From Synergistaceae bacterium (GTDB lineage: Bacteria; Synergistota; Synergistia; Synergistales; Aminobacteriaceae): a stretch of 64,000 nucleotides of DNA. The notes below the pieces were generated by a model that did no database searches, was not told where the DNA came from, and saw only the letters and a list, made by a program, of their open reading frames with translations. The stretch spans positions 10,442-74,441 of the forward strand of contig JAFSJJ010000010.1 of NCBI GenBank assembly GCA_017439345.1. Reading direction: 5' to 3'. The translations under genes and the position numbers were made by a program. Below are positions 35,828-45,800 of the stretch, piece after piece. Each line of letters begins with the position of its first letter. The first letter of the stretch is position 1.

Positions 35828-37796
35828 GAGTTGCTAAGAAATTCTTTATATCAAAATCCGTGCTGAACAGGAAATCAAGGTTGTAATTATTATGCCCGTC
35901 CTTGTCTTTGGTTATTGACATGTCATCTGATGCAAACGCAATAATCTTTGCGCTCTCAGAAGTCTTGCGCTGTTTCTCGAAATCATAAGGCTGGCCGGAA
36001 TCTTTGAACGTAAGCCTGAGGTAATCACTAAAGCATACTAGATCTAAGTGAATATCGCCTACGTCATCAAATGCGTTCATAATGCGCTCGATAAGCATTT
36101 CTTCTGAAGCAAGACGGATTCTGCGCGCCTTTCTGACATCAAAGCCGAACTGCATTGCATAGCCTTCTATCATCGAAATTAACGGGTCTATAGCATATGA
36201 AGTGTTCTTGACTACAACACTGCTGACTTCAACGCCCTTCTTGAGTTCGCCTTCAAGTTCAAGGGTTCTCAGCTTCATTAACATATCGACATGCAGTTTT
36301 CTCTGGTCAATTTTGCCTGTAGCATTCAGCGGGAACTTGTCATATATAAAGAAATACGCAGGGACTTTGAACGAGCCTACAGTTTCCTTAAGATGCTTGC
36401 GTAATGCGTCCTCATCAAATTTTGCGCCTTCCTTGAGAGTTATGCACGCACCCAAGTTCTCACCGTAAAGCCTGTCTTTGAAGCCGAATATACGACATTC
36501 CTTAATGCCTTCTAAGCTGATTGCCTGAGCCTCGATTTCGCCGGGGGTGATATTCTCTCCGCCCTTGATAATAATATCTTTAATGCGTCCTGCGATTCTT
36601 ACGTTGCCGTCTTCGTCCATAACGCCTAAATCTCCGGTATGGAACCAGCCGTTTTCGTCAATAGCCTGTTTCTCCGGAGGCAGCTTGTAATATCCGTTCT
36701 TAACATGGAAGCCTCGAGTTACAAGTTCGCCGACTTCTCCAGCAGGAAGCAGCTGATTATTTTCACCGCAAATGCCTATCTCGACTTCAGGTATTCTGCG
36801 TCCTATTGTGTTATGCCTCACTGAAATATTATCTTCAGGCCGTGCCATAATGAAAACTGTAGCTGTCTCAGTCATTCCGAACATATTCAAGAACGTTGCG
36901 TTATTCAATGCCGTCTCAAACCTCACGAACTGAACAGGTGACGTATAACTTCCTGCTATTCCGCACATCCTGACATACGGCGCGCATTTGGCTGTAGCGT
37001 CTTTGCTGTCTATTATAGACTGATATACTGCTGCTACTGACCATAAGTCGCTTACATGCTCTCTATTTACTATATCGGCTATAGCGTCAGCTTTCACTTT
37101 CTCAGGAATATATACAGTTCCGCCAAGACATAAATATATGCACGGGATACTCAATCCAAACGCATGGAACAGGGGAAGTGCTACACATGCCTTAGTGCCT
37201 CGAATTGACTTGAACTCATCGGCAAATATCAGCGAACAGTTAATCATCGAGTACTGTGAAGTCAATACAGCCTTAGGAAATGAAGTAGTCCCTGAAGTGT
37301 AAATAATATATGCATCGTCCTTAATGTCCCATTTTGAGTCATCAACAGCAATTTTCTCACATGAAGCAAAATCCGTCTCAAGATACGAGAACACTTTATC
37401 TTGAGGAAGCTCAAAGGATTTAGCTAGCATTTCAGCCTCTGAAGCAACACCTTTAGTATCATGAGTAGCTCCGTAAAGGACATATTTAGAATCTGCAAAT
37501 GTTACTAACGGGGTTACATCATTGATAGAATAATTCGAGTTAAGGCACACTGCAACACCGCCGGCGTGAACAATGCCGTAATAAGTGCAGAGCCATTCAG
37601 GTGAAGGACTTCCCCATATTACAACATGGTCATTTTTCTTGACACCGTGCTTGACTAGATACGATGATACAGCGTCAATATTCTCAATCAGCTGCTTGTA
37701 AGTAACCCGCTTATCTCCCATTACAACAGCGTCTTTGTCAGGGTGCAGGGCTGCCTGCTCGGTGAATATCTGATAATACGTCTTGTTTGTGAACAT
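35811..37796 (-). CDS. ANL-superfamily acyl-AMP/CoA ligase with a C-terminal RsbW/SpoIIAB-like domain
   Basis: AMP-binding motifs are IIYTSGTTSFPKAV, FGMTET, HTGDLG, IIKGGENI and ATGKIDQRKL. An extra ~140 aa follows (residues ~520-661), containing RRIRLASEEMLIERIMNAF...GDIHLDLVCFSDYLRLTFKDSGQPYDF. Confidence 0.8.
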   Translation of the reverse strand: MFTNKTYYQIFTEQAALHPDKDAVVMGDKRVTYKQLIENIDAVSSYLVKHGVKKNDHVVIWGSPSPEWLCTYYGIVHAGGVAVCLNSNYSINDVTPLVTFADSKYVLYGATHDTKGVASEAEMLAKSFELPQDKVFSYLETDFASCEKIAVDDSKWDIKDDAYIIYTSGTTSFPKAVLTSQYSMINCSLIFADEFKSIRGTKACVALPLFHAFGLSIPCIYLCLGGTVYIPEKVKADAIADIVNREHVSDLWSVAAVYQSIIDSKDATAKCAPYVRMCGIAGSYTSPVQFVRFETALNNATFLNMFGMTETATVFIMARPEDNISVRHNTIGRRIPEVEIGICGENNQLLPAGEVGELVTRGFHVKNGYYKLPPEKQAIDENGWFHTGDLGVMDEDGNVRIAGRIKDIIIKGGENITPGEIEAQAISLEGIKECRIFGFKDRLYGENLGACITLKEGAKFDEDALRKHLKETVGSFKVPAYFFIYDKFPLNATGKIDQRKLHVDMLMKLRTLELEGELKKGVEVSSVVVKNTSYAIDPLISMIEGYAMQFGFDVRKARRIRLASEEMLIERIMNAFDDVGDIHLDLVCFSDYLRLTFKDSGQPYDFEKQRKTSESAKIIAFASDDMSITKDKDGHNNYNLDFLFSTDFDIKNFLATHERLL

Positions 37797-37799
37797 GTT

Positions 37800-39095
37800 T
37801 TATTCAACCTTTCTTAATTTTTCTAAGTCTACTATATTATGACTTATACGGCCTCTATCCGTGAATTCAGTCTTGAAGCCTGCTTTGATCAGCTCAGAGT
37901 TCATCGCACGCGCTAATTTATCATCATCAAATCTCTGAATTGACGTAACGTTCAGAATATCTCTAAACGTAGTTATAATGAAATACGACAAAGCAAACGG
38001 AGCATCAACGAAAATATTCTCGAACAGGTCATTAACTGCGCCGGGCATATCCATAATGCCAAGATAACTTGTACCGTAAGTTACTCCGCCGGGAACTGAT
38101 GACGTAAGCTCTTTACTCTTTGATATAATATCCTCTTTCTCGAACTCCCGAACCGCACAAGCCTTGTTGTATAACGATTTAGCGTAATTCTCAGGCTTCC
38201 TTTGAAGATTAATGACGTTCTTAATATAAGCGCAGAAATCTTCATCATTCATTGCAAGCTCTTGACTTGACACAGGGATAAACACAGCGTCTGAGAAATT
38301 CACTATGCTTGAACACTTGAACACAGCACGAAGATCAACGGGCAGGGCAGTTAATATATTCCGTGAGCCGATATCATAATTATTATTTACAGCTTTTACC
38401 ATAAGACTTATCATCAACGGCATAAAACTTGTATGCATTGACTTTGAAGCCTTCAGAAATTCACTCAGGCTCAGGGTAATTCTATAGTGATGAGAGTACG
38501 TTTCAGCAGGATTATAGAACTCAACTGGAAGCGGGTAATAATTCGCGAAGTCCGGCACAAACGACGGCTCTATGTCCTTATCAGCAAAAGTATTATACGG
38601 GTCAAGATTTTCAGGAGTATCCCAGTTTTCAGGCTCTTTAGTCCTTATTTCGGCCTTAGCAAGTTCTTCAGGTGAGAGTTCAATCTTTGCGTAATAATAC
38701 AATGCTGTCTTGAGAAAACTGCTCAGACCCCGCCAGTCAGATATTCCGTGATACATCGAGATAATAACATGCTTATCATCTTCAGAGTCCTGAATAATTG
38801 CCATCAAGTACCCGTTAGTCTCATCTGAACCGAGATTAATTATACGGTCATGTCTGATTACTTTCACAGGTGCATTATTGCTCTCAAAGAAAATTTTGCC
38901 TTCTTTAATTACAGGTCTGTAAGCGAACTCCGGGAAAAGCGATAAAGCCTTCTCGAGACCTGCTCTCAGCGCGTCAACATCAACTTTGGACTTGAAATAA
39001 AGATTAACTCGAACGTCCATAGTTGCACCACTACCCGAAGCTGTATAGTAAAAATATTTGTCAGAAGCTCCGGGAACACGTAAATTACTATTCAT
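37800..39095 (-). CDS. Condensation/CAT-superfamily-like acyltransferase (HxxxD = HGISD)
   Basis: Contains SMYHGISDWRGLSSF. It is a paralog of 31905..33221 (shared ETNGYL, YYYAK and LPVDLR blocks). Confidence 0.65.
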   Translation of the reverse strand: MNSNLRVPGASDKYFYYTASGSGATMDVRVNLYFKSKVDVDALRAGLEKALSLFPEFAYRPVIKEGKIFFESNNAPVKVIRHDRIINLGSDETNGYLMAIIQDSEDDKHVIISMYHGISDWRGLSSFLKTALYYYAKIELSPEELAKAEIRTKEPENWDTPENLDPYNTFADKDIEPSFVPDFANYYPLPVEFYNPAETYSHHYRITLSLSEFLKASKSMHTSFMPLMISLMVKAVNNNYDIGSRNILTALPVDLRAVFKCSSIVNFSDAVFIPVSSQELAMNDEDFCAYIKNVINLQRKPENYAKSLYNKACAVREFEKEDIISKSKELTSSVPGGVTYGTSYLGIMDMPGAVNDLFENIFVDAPFALSYFIITTFRDILNVTSIQRFDDDKLARAMNSELIKAGFKTEFTDRGRISHNIVDLEKLRKVE

Positions 39096-40590
39096 GATAT
39101 TTTCTGCTCCATAAAGTTAATTTTTCGGGTGTGAAATCTTTATACGGCTCGAATATATCTGCATCGAACCTGTACATTTTATTCCTTTCCCAGTCTGAAC
39201 CGGGGTTGCCTGTCTTGGCGAAATTTACTGCACGTTCAAAGAATTTATCACCGGTTACGAAATCTGCTTCAGTCCAGTAATCTTTTCTCAAGTCCGAATA
39301 GTGCTTGAATAAATACGCCAGCTCCGAAGAGTGGAAAGAACCCCATATATTTGACTCAGGTCCCGGCATAACGTGTTCAAAGCGCAGCAGCCATGTATTA
39401 TTATTTCCTGTCTTAGAGCGTGCATTAGCGAATAAAACATTTTCTGCTGATAAGAAATCCTGCTGCATAACAGCCAGCGAACCGGGAAATTTATCAGGCG
39501 GGTAAATCGCCATAGCTTGAGAGAATAACTCATCACCGAAGAATTTTCTTGCTGAATTTATATAATCCTGCTCGTTCTCGGCTTCAATGAACGGGAAAAG
39601 TAAATAATCATTGGCAACAAAACTTGCTATATAGTCATAATCATTAGTCAAGCCCTGAATTACTCCGTCATGAAAAGTTTTGTCAAGCACGTAACTATCA
39701 AGACAATACGGCAGATACTGTTTAGGCAGCTTTAATAAATCATCAGCCGGAATACTGCGCATTTGTTCTGCATCGAGCGAACCTAATAATTCATCACCAA
39801 GTGCTTCACAGTGCTTCAAAGGCTCATAAATAAAAACTTTGTCGAAACCTTTACCAGTCTTACTCGGAACGTTTGAAGCAGGCAGATGAAACGTTGTATG
39901 ACTCATTGCGAAAACACGCTTGAACAGTCCCTTAGCCAGCGGTGAGACAGCAAGAGTATTGACCGCAGCAGCCCCCGAAGATTGTCCTGCAATAGTGATA
40001 TTGTCAGGATTCCCTCCGAAAGCCTTTATGTTGGCTCGAACCCATTTTAACGCCTTAATCTGGTCTAACAGCTGATAATTTCCTGAAACGTGTTTATCAT
40101 TTTCAGAGCTTAAAGCAGAACTTGCCAGCAGTCCGAGAATTCCTTCTCTGAAATTAACGCTGACGAATATAACTCCTGAGCGTGCAAGATTTTCACCGTC
40201 ATAGACTTCACACGATGAGCCTCCTGAAATGAAGTTGCCTCCGTGAAAGTAGACGATAACAGGTTTATTATCTGCATTATCGTTAGGAGACCATATATTG
40301 AGATACAAGCAGTCTTCTGAATAGCCTTTAGTAGTGTCGATAATGAACTCGCTACTCCACATCAAGAATGCTTCCTGCTTAGCCTGAATTGCACTCTTTG
40401 CCCATGAAGTACAGTCTCTAACGCCGTCCCATTGAATTACGTCCTGAGGGGCTTTCCATCTCAAATTTCCAACAGGAGGGGCAGCATATGGAATTCCCTT
40501 GAAGATATTAACGGCTTTGTCGCTGGTCATACAGCCCGAGATATTTCCGCCTTCAACGCTGAATACGCCAGTGCTCAATAAATTTTGCAT
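39088..40590 (-). CDS. Type-B carboxylesterase (para-nitrobenzyl-esterase-like), no signal peptide
   Basis: Contains FKGIPYAAPPVGNLRWKAP, EDCLYLNIWSP, VYFHGGNF and the nucleophile GQSSGA. AAGGGAG lies 12 nt upstream of the ATG. Confidence 0.88.
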   Translation of the reverse strand: MQNLLSTGVFSVEGGNISGCMTSDKAVNIFKGIPYAAPPVGNLRWKAPQDVIQWDGVRDCTSWAKSAIQAKQEAFLMWSSEFIIDTTKGYSEDCLYLNIWSPNDNADNKPVIVYFHGGNFISGGSSCEVYDGENLARSGVIFVSVNFREGILGLLASSALSSENDKHVSGNYQLLDQIKALKWVRANIKAFGGNPDNITIAGQSSGAAAVNTLAVSPLAKGLFKRVFAMSHTTFHLPASNVPSKTGKGFDKVFIYEPLKHCEALGDELLGSLDAEQMRSIPADDLLKLPKQYLPYCLDSYVLDKTFHDGVIQGLTNDYDYIASFVANDYLLFPFIEAENEQDYINSARKFFGDELFSQAMAIYPPDKFPGSLAVMQQDFLSAENVLFANARSKTGNNNTWLLRFEHVMPGPESNIWGSFHSSELAYLFKHYSDLRKDYWTEADFVTGDKFFERAVNFAKTGNPGSDWERNKMYRFDADIFEPYKDFTPEKLTLWSRKYHE

Positions 40591-40737
40591 ATCGCCGATA
40601 AACTCCCTTCGTGAATTTAAGGTTTTAATTTATAAAATTGTAACACGAATTTTTATTTTATTTACATCTTCAAGCATATTGTTCAAATGCTATAATTAAT
40701 AAATTTTATTTTTATTCTGGAGGCTTCTCTAAATATC

Positions 40738-41406
40738 ATGAAAACGAAAAAATATTTTTACCTGCTGATACTTGCTTTAATGTTCAGTGCTTTTGCTTCA
40801 GGAGGCTGCGGCGGCAGTTCCGATGGTTTCGTCTATACGCAGCCTGCCACAGAGTCGCTTCTTAACGGTGAATGGCGTATTGTTTCCGGGCATGTAGAGA
40901 TTTACAACATGGAAGTATCTGGAGACTATATTATCCCCAGTTTTGACGAGCTACCCTTATACACAGAATTTTCTGTTACAGTCAGCGAAAACGGCAGCAA
41001 TGATAAATATACAATTACACTTAAAGGCGGCGGTGTTTACGCACAGGACAATACGACTTCAGTGTTTGGGCAGTTTTACCCTAAGTACTTCTCAAACTAT
41101 GATACAGATCAGCAGAAGATTGCATTAACTTTTGATTCATTGCCCATAGTTCTTGGCACCCCGTTTTACACGCAGCTTGATGCTGAAAACTTTACCAGCG
41201 AAGATTTAAGCGAAGGTCTTACTGACAACGTTAACATGGACATAATCAGCGAGTATCTGCCAGAAGAGCCTATAGAAATTTACTCATGGGAGATAGCACC
41301 GGAACATCTATCTTTGTTCTGGATTGAGAGCGGTGACATCGATACACTTTACTGGGAATCTGTAGGCAACACAAATTATTATATAAAAATGGAGCGTCAA
41401 GATTAG
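40738..41406 (+). CDS. Lipoprotein of unknown function
   Basis: Has a signal peptide with the lipobox FASGGC. GGAGG lies upstream. Confidence 0.7.
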   Translation: MKTKKYFYLLILALMFSAFASGGCGGSSDGFVYTQPATESLLNGEWRIVSGHVEIYNMEVSGDYIIPSFDELPLYTEFSVTVSENGSNDKYTITLKGGGVYAQDNTTSVFGQFYPKYFSNYDTDQQKIALTFDSLPIVLGTPFYTQLDAENFTSEDLSEGLTDNVNMDIISEYLPEEPIEIYSWEIAPEHLSLFWIESGDIDTLYWESVGNTNYYIKMERQD

Positions 41407-41411
41407 ACTAT

Positions 41412-41446
41412 AAAAAAAAAATAAGGGGGTCGCTTTGACCTCCTTT
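41412..41446. terminator. Hairpin terminator, strong for the minus-strand efflux operon and weaker for the plus-strand lipoprotein gene
   Basis: AAGGGGGTC - GCTTT - GACCTCCTT (9 bp including one G-U), with an A9 run on the plus side that reads as a U-run on the minus strand. Confidence 0.65.
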
Positions 41447-41455
41447 ATGTTATCT

Positions 41456-42892
41456 CTACATCATTGGCTGCCATCCTCCGCCCAGAGCCTTAAAGAGTGT
41501 TATCAAGTTCAGCATTCGTTGACCGTTGCTTGAAGCTAAATCGTTCTCGATAGAATTAACGCTTTCCATAGCATTTAAGACGCTGTTAAAGTCCGTAAGT
41601 CCCTGTTCATATTTATCTCTTGCAGTGTTCAAAGCGTCATGAGCGGAATTCAATGCACTCTGCAAACTCTGATTTCTGATTTCCTCCTGAACATTCGACG
41701 TTAAAGCATTCCTGACTTCTGATACTGCACTTAATACAGTTTTCTCATAGGCGGCAAGCATTTGCTCTTCTCTAGCTGTCTGAACCTTAATATTCTTTCT
41801 GATTTGACCTCCGTTAAATATAGGCCAGGATAATCTAGGCAAAAACGTTGAACCTATGCTGTGTCCCTCGAAAATAGTACTTGAATGCAGGCTGTCAAGA
41901 CCTATAGAGCCCGTTAATGTGATAGTCGGATAATAATCTTTCTGAGCGGCTTTCTTTCTTGAACGCTGGGCGGCTAAATTTCTTTCAGCGGCAATAATAT
42001 CCGGCCTCTGTCTTATAGTCTCTGCGGGAATACCGTTAAGCCTGTTTACGTCAACTTCAGGAAAAGAATTATTGTTATTTAACAGCTCGTTAATGCTTCC
42101 CGGAACTTCACCGGTTAATATAGCTAATGCATTCATGATTTCTTCAATCTGCTGCCTCAATGCCGGCAAAGTCGATTTAGTGCGCTCAAGGGTATATCTT
42201 GACTGTTTGACAGCGAGTTCATCTTTCAAGCCTGCGTCAAACTGTGATTGAGTAAGATTTAGCATATCCTGTTGAAGATTAATATTATTCTCGGCTATCT
42301 TGATACGTTCCTGAAAAGTTCTGAGATTAATATAATTTCCTGCGACTTCAGCAGAAAGACTTACCCAAGCATTATGAAGCGAGGCATATTCGGCTTCGTA
42401 GGCTGCTTTAGAGGCGTTGATGTTATCCTGTTTCTTGCCCCACAAGTCAAGCTCCCATGAAGCATCAAATCCTAAGTGATAATTATTCGAGCTTCCTGCA
42501 TTGGGAATATTTTTAGACGGCTCTGAATGCGTCCATGTCCCTGAACCGTCAACTCTAGGGGAAGCATCAGCCATTGAGAGACCTAATTGAGCGCGTGCTT
42601 CCTGAACTTTGGCTCTTGATGTCTGAATATCTTTGTTATTCGCAAATGCCCTGCCGATTAATTCTGTCAAAGTCGGATCATTGAAAGTCTCCCACCATTG
42701 AGCAAGAATGTTTATATTCTTGTCTTTACGTCCTGAGCTTTCGTTGATTAACTTATCCCATTTTGAGGGTGCAAAGTTAATTTTATCTGCACTTGTATAT
42801 TTCTGAACGAGTTCGAGCCAGTCATCTGCATATACAGTGTGTGTGTTCAATGTAAGTAAAATTACTAATGCTAAGATTGCTTTATTCGTCAT
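41456..42892 (-). CDS. Outer-membrane efflux factor (TolC/NodT family)
   Basis: From ORF 41456..42949; start moved to the Met before TNKAILALVILLTLNTHTVYA (signal peptide). It has two OEP repeats with coiled-coil segments. Confidence 0.85.
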   Translation of the reverse strand: MTNKAILALVILLTLNTHTVYADDWLELVQKYTSADKINFAPSKWDKLINESSGRKDKNINILAQWWETFNDPTLTELIGRAFANNKDIQTSRAKVQEARAQLGLSMADASPRVDGSGTWTHSEPSKNIPNAGSSNNYHLGFDASWELDLWGKKQDNINASKAAYEAEYASLHNAWVSLSAEVAGNYINLRTFQERIKIAENNINLQQDMLNLTQSQFDAGLKDELAVKQSRYTLERTKSTLPALRQQIEEIMNALAILTGEVPGSINELLNNNNSFPEVDVNRLNGIPAETIRQRPDIIAAERNLAAQRSRKKAAQKDYYPTITLTGSIGLDSLHSSTIFEGHSIGSTFLPRLSWPIFNGGQIRKNIKVQTAREEQMLAAYEKTVLSAVSEVRNALTSNVQEEIRNQSLQSALNSAHDALNTARDKYEQGLTDFNSVLNAMESVNSIENDLASSNGQRMLNLITLFKALGGGWQPMM

Positions 42893-45800
42893 CATCATCG
42901 TCATCATCTCCTTCGTCGTCATCGTCATAATTATAATCATAATCATCATGGCCGAACATTCGCGCTAATCCTGCCTTTAATTTCTCTCTGAAAGTCTGCA
43001 TCAACACGAATAATCCGGGAATTAGGAACACTCCGAACACTGTTGCTACAGTCATTCCGAACACCATAGTAGTACCGACATGAAGACGGCTTGCGGCACC
43101 TGCTCCAGTAGCAAATATCATAGGCAATGCACCCAAAACGCATGTAAAAGCAGTCATAAGGACGGATCTAAATCTTTCACGGGCAGCTTCGGCAGCAGCA
43201 TTCAAGATAGTTTGACCTCTTAATTCTCGTTCTTCTTTTGCAAATTCGATGATTAATATAGCGTTCTTGCTTGCGAGACCTACCAGAAGCAATAATCCTA
43301 ACTGAGTATATACGCTGATAGTGATACCCATTACGTAAATTCCGGCTAGTGCGCCTAAAATAGCTACAGGAAGCGAAAGCATAACTGCAAACGGAATGCT
43401 CCAGCTTTCGTATTGAGCAACGAGAAATAGAAATCCGAATAAGACTGCGGCTGTAATGACTATTATAAATTGACTGCCTTCTCTTTGTTCCTGGTAAGTC
43501 TGTCCTGACCACTGATAGGCATAACCTGCGGGAAGTGTTTTAGATAATTCCTGAATTTTTGCGATACCCTGACCGCTTGAATATCCAGGATTTAATGTAA
43601 TCATGACATCTGCGCAGGGATATAGATTAAATCTTGATACAGCTCTTGGTGCAGTTATTTCGCGAAGAGTTACGACACTGCTTACTGGAACCTGCTCGCC
43701 CCATATGTTCGGAATTGGAAGCCTGCCTATGTCGTCAACTGTATTTCTAAATGCCCAGTCGGCTTGAAGCATAACCCTGTTAATCTGCGAGCCTAAGTTA
43801 ATATCATTGACGTAAAGTGTTCCCAGATACATATATAACGTATCGAAAATAGTTCCTGTATTAACGCCCATACTTTCGGCCTTAGCTCTGTCAACGTCAA
43901 GAAATATATGCGGTGTGCTGGCATTGTAAGTCGAGAAAGCATACATGAATTCAGGAGCAGCGTTAATCTGCATAATGAAGTTCTGCAAAACTTTTTCGAG
44001 TTCCAGAGGGTCAAATCTTCCTACAGCCTGCAGCTTCATTTCAAGACCGTTCATCATGCCCAGACCAGGAACTCCTCCTTGAGCGAATATATTAACCTGA
44101 GCTTGAGGGAACTTGCTTGTTATCGCATTAGCCTGAGCCATTATAGAACTCTGTGATAATTCAGGAGTTTTTCTCTCGTCCCAGTCCTTCAGAGTCAAAG
44201 AGAATGCACCGGTATTTTCGCCTGCACCGCCTACAAAGCTGAAACCTTCAATGCCCATGTTATTCTTAACGCCGTCAATCTTTGCCAGAGCCGGAACGAT
44301 TTCGCTTACAAATTTAGAAGTCCTTGCTCCCGATGCACCTTCAGGAAGCTGTATAACTCCCATCAATGAGCCTTGATCTTCCTGAGGGATAAATTCTGAC
44401 GGAGTTATATCCATAATGTAATAAGATGCCCAGCCTACCAGAGCCAGAGATAATATAATTACTATCATACTTCTTGCGATTAACACAGAGATTTTCACGA
44501 ATATATTCGTACTGACATTCAATATAGCATTGAACCATGCAAGAGGCCCTCTAGTCTTAGGCTTTATATTAGTCAGCATATGGGCGCACATTGCAGGACT
44601 CAAAGTAAATGCAACTGTCGTAGAACATACTACGGCGAATGACATAGTAACTCCGAATTGTTTATAAATCTCGCTGGTAATTCCTCCCATGAAGGCAACA
44701 GGAACAAATATAGCCATGAATACCAAAGTAGTAGCAATCATAGGCCCGGAAACGTCAATCATTGCCCGTTCAGTAGCTGCCTTAGCGTCAAGCCCTTCAT
44801 GTTCCATTATGTAAAGCACTCTTTCAACAACGACAATAGCGTCATCAACGACAGTGCCTATGACCAGAACTAAGCCGAACAGGGTAAAAGTATTAATGCT
44901 GTAGTCCAGAACCGCAAGACTTATGAACGTAGCCAATAACGAGACAGGAATAGCAGCCGCCGGTACAAGAGTAACTCTCCAGTCCTGTAAAAATATATAG
45001 CAGACTAACACGACAAGAAAGAATGTTAATGCAAGGGTCTCTAATATTTCCTGAATAGATATTCTGACAAAATCTGTGCTGTCGTAAATTATCTCGAACG
45101 CAGTATCAGAAGGCATAGAATTTTTTGTTTCTTCCATGAACTTTTTAACGCCGTCCATAACGTCAAGAGCATTTGCGTCAGCTCCCTGAGACAAGAATAA
45201 AACAGTACATTCATCGCCGTTGTAAGTCGAATTCACTGAATATGACTCAGAGCCTAACTCAACCCTCGCTACATCTTTGAGCCTGACTACAGCACCTGTA
45301 TTACTGCGCTTTACTATTATATCCTCGAACTCTTCAGCAGCATTTAATCTGCCTTTAGCCACGAGTGAATAAACTATCGGGGTATTATTATCATATCTGG
45401 GACTTGAACCGATTGAACCCAGGGCAGCCTGCTTGTTCTGACTTTGAATAGCCGCACTGACATCTACAGGCGACATGTTCATACTTGATAATTTATCAGG
45501 GTCGAGCCATATTCTGACGCTGTACTTAGCTCCCATGACGTTGACGCTTCCCATACCGGGAATACGCTTTAACGAGTTCACAACGTTATTAACGGCATAA
45601 TCACTCAGGAATAATGCATCACGAGTTTTATTAGGTGAAATAACTGCAACGAAAGCCAGCATGTTCGAGAATGAGACCATAGCAGTTATACCCATTTGAT
45701 TAACTATTGCGGGAAGCTGAGCCGTAGCCTGATGAATTTTGTTCTGAACTTTGACAAGAGCCATATCTGAATTAGTGCCGGTCTCGAACGTTACGACAAG

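Noticed and set aside
42946-44873. Several 65-111-aa ORFs on both strands inside the RND permease gene.
   Set aside because: They are alternative-frame artefacts of a long, well-supported 1062-aa CDS. Their compositions are Arg/Ser/Cys-rich and not protein-like.
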